DNA from: Myxococcota bacterium
Lineage (GTDB): Bacteria; Myxococcota_A; UBA796; SXON01
Assembly: GCA_040386535.1 (NCBI GenBank)
Contig: JAZKFH010000043.1
Location: 23,070-87,069 of the forward strand
DNA length: 64,000 bases
Direction: 5' to 3'
Part shown: positions 21,199 to 30,900 of the stretch, piece by piece
Layout of the letters: every line of letters begins with the position of its first letter
Position numbering within the stretch: the stretch's first letter is position 1
The notes under the pieces: generated by a model
Database searches by the model: none
Told to the model about the DNA's origin: nothing
What the model saw: the letters and a program-made list of their open reading frames with translations, nothing else
Made by a program: the position numbers and the translations under genes

Positions 21199-21227
21199 GA
21201 CCAAGCGGCTTTGCCGCGCGACTGGAG
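21199..21227 (+). repeat. Dispersed intergenic hairpin repeat, copy 3
   Basis: GACCAAGCGGC-TTT-GCCGCGCGACTGGAG. Confidence 0.65.
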
Positions 21228-21303
21228 GGGGCCGACGGGGCCGCGTCCGCGCGGGCCCGGGGCGCCCGTGTCCTCGGCGGAAACAACGGCTACACTGGCG
21301 GCG

Positions 21304-21969
21304 ATGCTCTCGCTGCTTTTTCTCCTCGCCCCGCCCGCGCTGGCCGCCACCACCGCCGAGCTCCGCGCCGGTCTCGCCGACCAGTCGGGCTGGAAGGAGA
21401 TCACGACGAAGCAGGTGGCCGACGTGGGGGACATCCTCATCCGCCACAAGGAGATCGCGGGGGTGGACTGCCTGGAGGGCAGCACGTCCGCGGCGCTGCC
21501 GGCCGATGCGTTCCTCACCGCGTCCGCCGACATCCCCACGCAGCCGAAGTGGTCGAGCTGGAAGGTGCCGGTGTCCGTCAAGCTGGGCGGCAGCGCCACC
21601 TCGCTGGACTACTACCAGGTGCTCGACAACCCGCCCCCCATCGCGGACCGGTACTGGTTCCTGCACGGCACGGTCGGCCGTGTGGGCGAGGACCGCGTGT
21701 TCACCTGGGAGCTGGTCGACCCGGTCACGGCGTGGCCCGCCGCGCTCGCCGACGTGAGCCGGGACTGGCCCGACGCCGTGATGACACGCGTGAACGTGGG
21801 GGATTGGACGTTCAGCCCGCAAGGCGCGACGACCCGCATCCGCTACCGCATCTGCACGGACGCCGGCGGCAACATCCCCCGGTGGGTCGGCGAGATCGCC
21901 GCGACCCGCACGTTGCCGACCAACATCGCCGACATCGTGAAGGAGGTCCGGCGGCGCGTGGGCGGGTGA
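21304..21969 (+). CDS. Exported START/SRPBCC-like lipid-binding protein
   Basis: Signal peptide; YYQVLDNPPPIADR, G-W-F, TDAGGNIPRW resemble START-domain motifs. Confidence 0.75.
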   Translation: MLSLLFLLAPPALAATTAELRAGLADQSGWKEITTKQVADVGDILIRHKEIAGVDCLEGSTSAALPADAFLTASADIPTQPKWSSWKVPVSVKLGGSATSLDYYQVLDNPPPIADRYWFLHGTVGRVGEDRVFTWELVDPVTAWPAALADVSRDWPDAVMTRVNVGDWTFSPQGATTRIRYRICTDAGGNIPRWVGEIAATRTLPTNIADIVKEVRRRVGG

Positions 21970-22041
21970 GAGGCGCGCCCGGGCGATGCGTCGGAGCGAG
22001 ATTCCCGGGCGGCGGCGCGCGCGCCGGGTGAAGGGGTTCGT

Positions 22042-23031
22042 ATGTGGCTCCTCGTGTCCAACCCCACGGCCCACTCGGGCAACGCCGCCCACCGGCTCGA
22101 AGCGGCGGTGGCCGCCTTGCACGCCCAGGGGGTCGAGGTGACGCTGCTCGCGACCCTGCCCGAGCGGGGCACCGTCGGCGCCGTGGCCGCCGCGCTGCGC
22201 GAGGGGGCGTTCCGTGGGGTCATCGCCATGGGCGGCGACGGCACGTTCCACGAGGTGGCGAACGGGCTGTTGGCGAGCGGGCTCCACGGGGACGGGCGAT
22301 CGTTTCCGCTCGCGCTCCTCCCGGCCGGCACCGGCAACAACCAGGCGCGCGCGCTGGGGCTGCCCCTGGGTGACCTCGACGCCGCCGTGGCGCGCATCGT
22401 GGCGGGGCAGACAGCGCCGATGGACGGGGCGCGGGTCATCGCCTGGGATGCTCTAGGGCTGCCCCTCGGCGACGCGTGGGCGTTCGACTCCGTGGGCTTC
22501 GGCTTCTCCGCGCGGGCGCTCCAATACCCGTTCGAGGACAAGGCCGAGGTGGAGCAGCTGCCGCTCTGGCGCGCGATCTACCGCAACGAGCTGGTGTACG
22601 CGGGCGCCGTGGTGCGGGCGCTGTTCGGCTCCTCCGTCGAGGACCACCGCTTCGACGCGCTGGTGACGACGGAGCACGGCCAGCGCCTGTACGAGGACCT
22701 GCACGACCTCGTGGTGAACAACACGCGCTACTACGCCCGCGCCTGGGTGCTCGATCCGTTGAGCCGGCACGACGACGGGGAGATGGAGCTCCTGCCGATC
22801 CGTGGGCTCGAAGAGTGGGCCGAACGCGCCCTGGTCGATCTGGACGGCAGCCCGCTGCGCGCGTGGTTCGACGAGCAGCCCAAGCTCCTGCGAGCCTCGT
22901 GGTTCGAGCTCGAGCTGCGCGAGCGCCCGAACGGCCCGCCCATCCCCGCCCAGGTCGACGGCGAGCCCTGGCCCGCCGTCCGGCGGGTCCGCATCGAGGT
23001 GTCGCGCGGGGTGCTCGAGGTGGTGGTGTGA
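22042..23031 (+). CDS. Diacylglycerol/lipid kinase family protein
   Basis: NPTAHSG, GGDGTFHEVANG, PAGTGN, QVDGE. Confidence 0.92.
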   Translation: MWLLVSNPTAHSGNAAHRLEAAVAALHAQGVEVTLLATLPERGTVGAVAAALREGAFRGVIAMGGDGTFHEVANGLLASGLHGDGRSFPLALLPAGTGNNQARALGLPLGDLDAAVARIVAGQTAPMDGARVIAWDALGLPLGDAWAFDSVGFGFSARALQYPFEDKAEVEQLPLWRAIYRNELVYAGAVVRALFGSSVEDHRFDALVTTEHGQRLYEDLHDLVVNNTRYYARAWVLDPLSRHDDGEMELLPIRGLEEWAERALVDLDGSPLRAWFDEQPKLLRASWFELELRERPNGPPIPAQVDGEPWPAVRRVRIEVSRGVLEVVV

Positions 23032-23046
23032 CGCGCCGACGCTGGA

Positions 23047-23102
23047 TGATCCGGCTCTCGGTGATCCGGCTCTGGGTGATCCGACCGCCGCACGCGTCCG
23101 TA
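23047..23102 (+). promoter_or_regulatory. RpoE (ECF11-type) autoregulatory promoter with a triplicated -35 box
   Basis: TGATCC at 23047, 23062 and 23077 (15-bp tandem repeat); the last copy is followed by N16-CGTA (23099-23102), 10 nt before the rpoE ATG. Confidence 0.85.
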
Positions 23103-23112
23103 GAACCCGAGA

Positions 23113-23691
23113 ATGGGCTTGGCTGCTACCCAATACCCCGCACCCGTTGACTGGACCGACGCGCCCGACGGGACGCTCGTCGCCGCGATCGCCGAGGAGC
23201 GCGACCGCGACGCCTTCGCCGAGCTGTTCTCGCGCTACGCCACGCGCGTGCGGGCGTTCCTCGGGGCAGGCGGGCTCGCGCCCACGCTCGCGGACGAGCT
23301 GACCCAGGAGATCCTGCTGGAGGTGTGGCGGCGCGCCGAGCGCTACGACCCCGCCCGCGCCGGGGTCTCCACGTGGATCTTCACCATCGCGCGCAGCCGG
23401 CGCATCGACACGTTGCGGCGGGAGCGGGTGATGGTGGTCGAGGCGGAGGAGTACGAGCCCGTCGCCTCGCCCGAGCTTCAAATCGACCGCGAACGGTCGG
23501 ACGGCGCGCTCCGGGCTGCGCTGGGTTCGTTGCCGAGCGAGCAGGTGGCCGTGCTCGACGGCGCCTACTTCGCGGGCAAGTCGATGTCCGAGATCGCCGA
23601 GGAGCTGCGGCTCCCCGTCGGGACGGTCAAGTCACGGGTGCGCCTCGCGGTGGACAAGCTCCGCGGCGCGCTCCACGGAGGTCGGGCATGA
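23113..23691 (+). CDS. rpoE: ECF sigma factor, ChrR-associated RpoE type
   Basis: Region 2 ADELTQEILLEVWRRA...STWIFTIARSRRID; region 4 PVGTVKSRVRLA; translationally coupled to chrR. Confidence 0.93.
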   Translation: MGLAATQYPAPVDWTDAPDGTLVAAIAEERDRDAFAELFSRYATRVRAFLGAGGLAPTLADELTQEILLEVWRRAERYDPARAGVSTWIFTIARSRRIDTLRRERVMVVEAEEYEPVASPELQIDRERSDGALRAALGSLPSEQVAVLDGAYFAGKSMSEIAEELRLPVGTVKSRVRLAVDKLRGALHGGRA

Positions 23692-24320
23692 CGCCGCGCC
23701 ATCACGTCACGGACGAGCTCCTCTCCGCTTACGCCGCGGGCACCGCCTCGGAGGCCGTCGCGCTGTTCGTGACCGCGCACGCGAGCCTGTGCGCCGCGTG
23801 CCGCGCGCGCATCGCGGACGAGGAAGCTGTGGGCGGCGCCCTGCTCGCCGCGGTGGCGCCCACGCGTCGGGACGACCTGCTCGCGCGCACCCTCGCCCGC
23901 CTCGACGAGGCGCATCCGGTCGAGCCCGCCCCGCTCCCGCGCCACCCCGTGCTTCCGGGGCCCGTTCTGCGGCTGGCGGGCGGCGAGCCCGCGTGGCGCC
24001 GCGTCGTGCCGGGCCTCGAGATCGCCGAGCTCCCCATGTCCCTCGCGGGGAACCCCGTGGTGCTGACACGGCTCGCGCCGGGCACGGTCGTGCCCGCCCA
24101 CACCCACGCGGGGTGGGAGCTCCAGCTGGTGCTCTCGGGCGGCTATCAGGCGGACGACGGCCGCTTCGACCGCGGGGACGCCCACTGTGCAAACGCGGAA
24201 GTGACACACGGCTTCCGCGTCGATGCCGACGCCCCGTGCATCTCCTTGCTCGTGCGGGAAGCGCGGATCGTGCCGCGCACGTTGATGGGGCGCGTCTTCT
24301 GTTGGGTGACCGGCGCCTGA
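23688..24320 (+). CDS. chrR: ChrR-family zinc anti-sigma factor with C-terminal cupin
   Basis: HH...LSAYAAG...HASLCAAC (ZAS HxxxCxxC); cupin PAHTHAGWELQLVLSG; ATGA overlap with rpoE. Confidence 0.93.
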   Translation: MTPRHHVTDELLSAYAAGTASEAVALFVTAHASLCAACRARIADEEAVGGALLAAVAPTRRDDLLARTLARLDEAHPVEPAPLPRHPVLPGPVLRLAGGEPAWRRVVPGLEIAELPMSLAGNPVVLTRLAPGTVVPAHTHAGWELQLVLSGGYQADDGRFDRGDAHCANAEVTHGFRVDADAPCISLLVREARIVPRTLMGRVFCWVTGA

Positions 24321-24322
24321 TC

Positions 24323-24348
24323 TGATCCGATGCGGCGCGGCTCGCGTA
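24323..24348 (+). promoter_or_regulatory. Second RpoE-type promoter
   Basis: TGATCC(24323)-N16-CGTA(24345), upstream of the globin gene. Confidence 0.85.
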
Positions 24349-24395
24349 CACCCCATGGGACCAACCACACCACGTGGCACTCCCAGGAAGGCTAC

Positions 24396-24902
24396 ATGCA
24401 CAAGTTGAGCTTCGTCGTGCTGTTCGGACTGTTGGGTTGCGCGGGCGGGAAGGCGGACGAGACCGGGATGGTCGACGACACCGACGACACCGACGTGGGT
24501 GACACCGACGTCGCCACCTGCGAGACCGACGTTTGTGTCACCTACGGCGCGGCCGTGCCGGACGTGGCGAGCGAGATCGTGAACCGCGCCGCGGCCGATC
24601 CCCAGTTCTCGGCCGACTTCGCGCCGCTCGTCGCCGAGGGCCCCGCGGCCGTGCAGGCGTTCAAGGACAGCCTGACCGCCTTCATCTCCGACGCGTACGG
24701 CTGCAGCACCGGGGCGTACACCGGCCCGTCGATGGAGGCCTCGCACACCGGCCTCGCCATCACCCAGACCGAGTACGACGCCTTCATCGGCCTCATCGCC
24801 GGCGTGTTGGCCGACGCGGGCGTGCCCGCGACCGACATCGAGCAGTGTTTCGCGCCGCCCCTGGTCGATCCGATGTTCGCCGCCACCATCATCGGGCAGT
24901 AG
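24396..24902 (+). CDS. Group I truncated (2/2) globin with lipoprotein signal
   Basis: Lipobox FGLLGC; acidic linker; ADP..F, YTGPSMEASHTGLAIT (proximal His), LADAGVP. Confidence 0.85.
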   Translation: MHKLSFVVLFGLLGCAGGKADETGMVDDTDDTDVGDTDVATCETDVCVTYGAAVPDVASEIVNRAAADPQFSADFAPLVAEGPAAVQAFKDSLTAFISDAYGCSTGAYTGPSMEASHTGLAITQTEYDAFIGLIAGVLADAGVPATDIEQCFAPPLVDPMFAATIIGQ

Positions 24903-24905
24903 CCG

Positions 24906-25544
24906 GTGATGCGCGCGTGGATCATCGGCGGGGTGGCGGCGGCGGGCGTCACGCTCGCGATCGGCGGGTTGCACCTCCCGGAGGCGCGGCCGCTCCTGCT
25001 CTTCGTGACCGGCGGGAGCTGCCCCATCGGCGCAGAGCTCTCTCCGGAGGCGCGGGACGACGCACGCGCGCTCTCGGTGGCGTCCGTGCGCGGGCAGGCG
25101 ACGGCGCCCTCGCGGCCGGCGCTCGGGCTCACGCTCGGGACCACCACGCGCGCCGAAGCGGAGACGTGGGCGGCGGGCCGCGGGCTCACGTGCGGGGCCG
25201 AGACCGGCGGGCTGCGTTGCGCGCCGGCGGGCACCCCCGGCTCCTCGGGGAGCCAGCTCGCGGACGAGGTTTGGATCGAGCTCGACGGCGCCGAGCGGGT
25301 CGTGGCATTGGTCGCCACCACCCGGGATCTCGCGCCCGCCGACGCCGCGACGGTGTTCGCCGCGCGTGAGTTGGAGCTGTCCGCGGCGGGAACCCCGTGG
25401 AAGCGTCGTGACGCGGACCTGACGCGCACGATGGCCCAGCAGCTCGCCGAGTACCGCTACGTCGACTACCGCGCCCAACTCACCGCGACCAACATGGGCG
25501 GGCGGGTCACGGTGCGGACGACGTGGCAGGATTTGGAGGGGTAG
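24906..25544 (+). CDS. Hypothetical membrane-anchored or exported protein
   Basis: Starts 3 nt after the globin stop; N-terminal hydrophobic helix; GGSCP motif. Confidence 0.7.
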   Translation: MMRAWIIGGVAAAGVTLAIGGLHLPEARPLLLFVTGGSCPIGAELSPEARDDARALSVASVRGQATAPSRPALGLTLGTTTRAEAETWAAGRGLTCGAETGGLRCAPAGTPGSSGSQLADEVWIELDGAERVVALVATTRDLAPADAATVFAARELELSAAGTPWKRRDADLTRTMAQQLAEYRYVDYRAQLTATNMGGRVTVRTTWQDLEG

Positions 25545-25590
25545 GTGGGTGTTGGGTCGGCCGCGGCGGCTGTATCGCGCGGCCGACCCG

Positions 25591-26967
25591 TCAGAGCCGC
25601 CCCAATCGCCGGATCCCCTCGCGCAGCGCGGCCTCGTCCGCCGCCGCGTAGGAGAGCCGCACGAAGCTCCCCGTCGGCTCGGCGGGGAACCAGCGCCGCC
25701 CCGCGCTGACATGCACGCCGACCGCCGCGGCGGCGCGGGTGAAGGCCAGGTCGTCGACGCCCGGGGGCAGCTCGACCCAGAGGTGGTAGCCGCCGTCCGG
25801 GACGAGCGCGAGCCGCGCGGCGGGCCAGTCCTGGCGCAGGGCCTCCACCGCCGCGTCGCGACGCAGGACGAGCGCGCGGGTGAGCGCACGGAGGTGGCGG
25901 GGCCACGCCGGGCTGGTCACGAGCTCGAGGCCGGCCTCCTGGAGCGGCCCGGAGACGAACAGGTCCTCGACGCTGCGGGCGCTGCGGATGCGCGTCGCGA
26001 CGGGGCCGGTGGCGCACACCGCGGCGATGCGGAGGCCCGCGGCCGCGGACTTGGTGAGCGAGCGGATGTAGACCACGCGACCGGGATCGAGCGACACGAG
26101 CGGCGGCGGGCGCGGGGCGAAGGCGAGGTCGTGCGCGAAGTCGTCCTCGAGGACGAAGGCGCCGGCGGCCTCGGCGGCGGCGAGCACCGCGGCGCGGCGG
26201 TCGGGCGCGAGCACGCTGCCGTTGGGGTTCGCGAAGGTGGGCTGGGTGAAGAACACGCGGGCGCCGGTGGCGCGAAAGGCGGCGGCGAGCAGGTCGGGGC
26301 GCACGCCGTCGCGATCGCTGGGGACGGGCACCGGCACGACGCCGGCGGCGCGCGCGACGGCGACCGCGCCGACGTAGGTGGGCGACTCGACGAGCAGCGG
26401 GGCGCCGGGCGGGCACAACGCGCGGATGGTCACAGCGAGGGCGGCCTGCCCGCCGGGGACGATGAGGGTGTCGGCCGCCGACAGCGCGCTGGAGGCCTCC
26501 CGCGCGAACCACGCCCGCAGCTCGGGGTTGCCCTCGGGCGGCTGGCGGCCCCACACCCCGGGGCGGCGGCTGGCGCGGGCGAGGGCGGCCTGGAGCGCGG
26601 CGACGGGCTGGAGCGAGGCGTCGGGGTAGCCGCCGCGGAAGGAGATCTCGCCGTCGGGGACGGGGGCGAGGAGCACGTCCATGTCGTCGGCATAGGGGGG
26701 GCGCGCGCCGAGCGCGAGGGACTGCCACGCGTGGTCTGGCGCGCGCGGAGCGGGGCCGGACGCGCCGGCGACGAAGCTGCCGCGGCTCGGGAGGGTGACG
26801 ATGTGGCCCTCGCGGGACAGCGTGGTCATCGCGCGTTGCACGGTGAGCGGGCTCGCGGTCAGACGCTCGCAGAGCGCGCGAACAGAGGGCAACGGCGCGC
26901 CGGGCGTAGCGTCGGCCACCAGGGCGCGGAGCGCGTCGAGCACGCGCGAGGACGGGGAGCGGCTCAT
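25591..26967 (-). CDS. MocR/GabR-family GntR regulator with PLP aminotransferase domain
   Basis: LPSVRAL...TVQRAM wHTH; ESPTY, ANPNG, EDD, SLTKS, GLRI. Confidence 0.95.
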   Translation of the reverse strand: MSRSPSSRVLDALRALVADATPGAPLPSVRALCERLTASPLTVQRAMTTLSREGHIVTLPSRGSFVAGASGPAPRAPDHAWQSLALGARPPYADDMDVLLAPVPDGEISFRGGYPDASLQPVAALQAALARASRRPGVWGRQPPEGNPELRAWFAREASSALSAADTLIVPGGQAALAVTIRALCPPGAPLLVESPTYVGAVAVARAAGVVPVPVPSDRDGVRPDLLAAAFRATGARVFFTQPTFANPNGSVLAPDRRAAVLAAAEAAGAFVLEDDFAHDLAFAPRPPPLVSLDPGRVVYIRSLTKSAAAGLRIAAVCATGPVATRIRSARSVEDLFVSGPLQEAGLELVTSPAWPRHLRALTRALVLRRDAAVEALRQDWPAARLALVPDGGYHLWVELPPGVDDLAFTRAAAAVGVHVSAGRRWFPAEPTGSFVRLSYAAADEAALREGIRRLGRL

Positions 26968-26969
26968 CT

Positions 26970-27000
26970 GTTATCTCTATCCATGAGCATACACGATAAC
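26970..27000. promoter_or_regulatory. Candidate MocR operator
   Basis: GTTATC-N19-GATAAC inverted repeat spanning the 15-nt divergent gap and the EamA start. Confidence 0.55.
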
Positions 27001-27864
27001 GTAATCCTCGCGGATCGGGAAACGGACGGGCTCGTGTGGGGCGGGTTGGGGGTGCTCCTGTTCAGCGTGTCGATGGTGGCGACCCGCGCGGCCGCGCCCG
27101 AGCTGGGCGGCGTGTTCGTCGGCCTGGGGCGGGGGCTGGTGGCCGCGGTCCTGGCGGGCGCGGTCATCCTGGTGCGCGGCCTGCCGCTCCCCGCGCGGCG
27201 CCACTGGCCCGGCCTCCTCGTGGTGGCGGCCGGATCGGTGATCGGCTTTCCGCTGCTCTCCGCGATCGCGATGGAGCACGTGCCCGCGAGCCACGGCCTC
27301 ATCTTCACCGCGCTCATGCCCTCGGCGACGGCGCTCGCCGCGGTGGTCCGCGCGGGGGAGCGCCCCTCGTGGCGCTTCTGGGGCTGGTCACTCGTCGCCG
27401 CCGCGCTCGTCATCGCCTATGCGGGGAGGCACGGCGCCGACGGGCTGGTGGGCGCCGACGCGCTCCTGGCAGGGGGCATGGTCGTCTCGGCGGTGGCCTA
27501 CACCGAGGGCGGGCGCCTGTCGCGCGAGCTCGGCGGGATGACGGTGTTGTCCTGGGCGCTGGTGTTCGCGATGCCGGTCCTGCTCCCAGCGGTGGCGTTC
27601 CGCGTCTGGGCCGCCCCGGTGCACGGCAGCCCGGCGGCGTGGCTCGGCTTCGCGTACGTGTCGATCTTCAGCATGTACGTCGGCTTCCTGTGCTGGTACC
27701 GGGGCCTCGCGCGCGGCGGCATCGCCCGCGTCAGCCAGCTCCAGATGGTCCAGCCGCTGCTCGGGCTGGGGTGGTGCGCGGTGCTCCTGGGCGAACCGTT
27801 ATCGGTATCGCTGGTGGTGACGGCGGCGGCCGTTATCGGGTGTGTGGCGATGGGGCGGCGGTAG
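26983..27864 (+). CDS. DMT/EamA-family transporter
   Basis: About 10 TM helices in two repeats; WYRGLARGGIARVSQLQMVQP. Confidence 0.92.
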   Translation: MSIHDNVILADRETDGLVWGGLGVLLFSVSMVATRAAAPELGGVFVGLGRGLVAAVLAGAVILVRGLPLPARRHWPGLLVVAAGSVIGFPLLSAIAMEHVPASHGLIFTALMPSATALAAVVRAGERPSWRFWGWSLVAAALVIAYAGRHGADGLVGADALLAGGMVVSAVAYTEGGRLSRELGGMTVLSWALVFAMPVLLPAVAFRVWAAPVHGSPAAWLGFAYVSIFSMYVGFLCWYRGLARGGIARVSQLQMVQPLLGLGWCAVLLGEPLSVSLVVTAAAVIGCVAMGRR

Positions 27865-27992
27865 GCGCGGGGCCCGTGTGTTCCGGGCGGTGGTTGGCGC
27901 GGCTCGGCGCGCCGGAACCGCCGCCGCGCCGGTCGCCCAACCTCGTTGCCGCTGCATTCCCGCCCGATCCCCATCCGGTTACCCGCGGGCGC

Positions 27993-30900
27993 ATGACCGA
28001 CGACGCCGCTCTCCCCGATCTGTCTGCCGACGTGCCCCCGGATGCGCCCCAGGCCGACCCCTTCCTCCTCGACGCCGAGCAGCTCACGCGGTTCGCGTCG
28101 GAGGGCGTGCTGCGGCGCGGCGTGGCGTACTTCCGGGAGCACCGTGTCACCGACGTGAGCTGGGACGAGACCCACGTGCACGCGATCGTGCACGGGTCGC
28201 GGCCGTTCGAGCCCTACGAGGTCGTGATCCGCGTGGACGACGGCGAGCTCGACGTGGGTTGCACGTGCCCGTTCGATCTGGAGCCCGCCTGCAAACACGC
28301 CGTGGCCGCGCTGCTCGCGTACGGGGCGCGCCAGCCTGTCGCCGAGATGCAGGTGCGCGGGGCGGCCGACGCCGCGGTGGAGGAGCGGGCGACGCGGGCG
28401 CGGGGCGAGGTGCAGGTGCGCCATGTCGCGGGGGACGCGTGGTTCGGGGCGTGGGACGCGTGGTCGCTCGACCCGCGCGCGGGAGCCGGCCATCGGTACC
28501 GCGTCGGCATTCGGTCGGTGGGCGAGCGCGTGAACCACTGCACGTGCCCGGACTTCGCCACCAATCGGCTCGGCACATGTAAACACGTCGAGGCCGTGCT
28601 GCTCCGGCTCCGCAAGCGCGGGCCGAAGCGGTTCGTGGAGCTCGCCGAGAAGGGGCCGCCCGTGCCGGTGGTGCACCTCGCGTGGGACGTGCCGGGCGCG
28701 CCGCGGATCCGCCTCGCCGGGCCGCGCGAGCCGAGCATCGCGGGGTACTTCAGCGCGGAGGGGCTGCTGCGCGGGGAGCTGCCGTCGGCGTGGCACGCGG
28801 CGCGCGAGGCGATCGGCGCGGTCGCGACGGTGGGGGAGGATGTGGAGGCGCACGTGCGTCGCCTTGCGGATGACGCCGCCGCCACGGTTCGCTCGGCCCG
28901 GATCCGCGACGAGATCCGCCAGGCCGGCGGCCACCTGCCCGGCGTCCTGGCGCGGCTGTACCCCTACCAGGTCGAGGGCGTCGCGTTCCTGGCGTCGGCC
29001 GGCCGCGCGCTGCTCGCCGACGACATGGGGCTCGGCAAGACGCTCCAGGCCATCGCCGCGGCGTCGTGGATGATGGCGCGCGACGAGGTGCGCCACGTGC
29101 TCGTGGTGTGCCCGGCGTCGCTCAAGCACCAGTGGGCGCGCGAGATCCGCAAGTTCACGGGGCGCGAGGCGGTCGTCGTGAGCGGCGGGCCCGAGTCGCG
29201 CGGGGCGCTGTACCGGCAGGGCGCCGCGTTCACCATCGTGAACTACGAGCTGCTCCTGCGCGATCGGGACGTGGTGCAGCGCACCCTCGCGCCCGATCTG
29301 CTCGTGCTCGACGAGGCCCAGCGCATCAAGAACTGGCGCACGCGCATCGCGACGTGCATCAAGGCGCTCTCCACCACCTACGCGTTCGTCCTGACCGGCA
29401 CGCCGCTCGAGAACCGCCTGGAGGACCTGTACAGCCTGCTCCAGGTGGTCGATCCGCGCGTGCTCGGCCCGTTGTGGCGCTACCTGCTGGAGTTCCACGT
29501 CACCGAGCCGAGCGGCAAGGTGATCGGGTACCGCAACCTCGGCGAGCTGCGGCGACGCCTCGCGCCGGTGATGCTTCGTCGGGACCGCTCGCTCGTTCGG
29601 GACCAGCTCCCCGATCGCATCGAGACGCGCCTGGACATCCCGCTCGACAGCCGCCAGCGCGCCCTGCACGACGAGGCCGTGGACACCGCGGGCCGCATCG
29701 CCCTGGTCGCCCAGCGCCGCCCGCTCACGCCCGAAGAGGAGCAGCGGCTGATGCAGGCGCTCCAACGTGCGCGCATGGCCTGCGACGCCGCGGGCCTCGT
29801 CGACAAGGAGACCGTCGGCTCGCCCAAGCTCGAGGAGCTCTCGCGCCTGCTGGAGGAGCTGTGCGTCGACGGCGGGCGCAAGGTGGTCGTGTTCTCGCAG
29901 TGGGAGCGCATGACGGTGATGGCGGAGCAGGTCGCGCACGCGCTCGGGCTCGGCACGGTGCGGCTCCACGGCGGCGTGCCGTCGCACAAGCGCGGCGCCC
30001 TGGTCGACCGGTTCCACGAGGACCCCGCGGTGCAGGTGTTCATCTCCACCGACGCGGGCGGCACCGGCCTGAACCTCCAGGTGGCGACCGCGCTGGTCAA
30101 CCTCGACGTGCCCTGGAACCCCGCCATCCTCGAGCAGCGCATCGCGCGCATCCATCGCCTCGGCCAGCGCGAGCCCGTGCAGATCGTGCACCTGGTCGCC
30201 GCGGAGGCCTACGAGGCGCGCGTGGCCGAGCTGGTGAAGGGCAAGCGGGTGCTGTTCGACAACGTCGTGAACGAGGACGCCACCGAGGAGGTGGTCGGGA
30301 TGAGCCGCAAGAGCGTCGAGGCGGCGCTCGCTTCGCTGGAGGAGGCGCGGGGGGCGGACGCGTCGGCGTCGATTGACCGGGTCGAAGTTGTCGAGGCGCC
30401 GGTCGACGAGGTGGTACCGGTGGTCGCGGAGGCGGTGGTCGCGGAGTCCGCGGTCACGGAGGCGGTTGCGACGGCGGTTGCGACGGCGCCAATCTTGGAC
30501 ACGCACGTCGTGGTGGAGAACGTGTCCGCGCCGTCGGTCGTCGACCCCATGGACGCCGTGGTGGCCGCGCTGGACGCGGCGTTCGGCGCGCGGATCGAGC
30601 GGGTGTTGGCGGCGAAGGGGGGCCTCGTGGTGGTGCTCCACGTGGTCGAGCCGGGCGACGCGGCGCGGGCCGAGGAGCTCGCGCGCGGCGTGACCGTGGC
30701 CGTGTTGGACAGCGCCACGGCGGCGGCCCTCGCGCGGATGGGCGGCGGCATGCCGGTGCCCGATGCGCGCCCGGTGCTCGTGCGCGAGCCCGTCAAGGTG
30801 GTGGATGTCGCGGCGCGCAAGCTCGACGCCGCCCAGGCGCTGCTCGCCGCGGACCAGGTGGACGAGGCGCTCGTCCTGATGGGATCCGCCGTCCTCGCGG

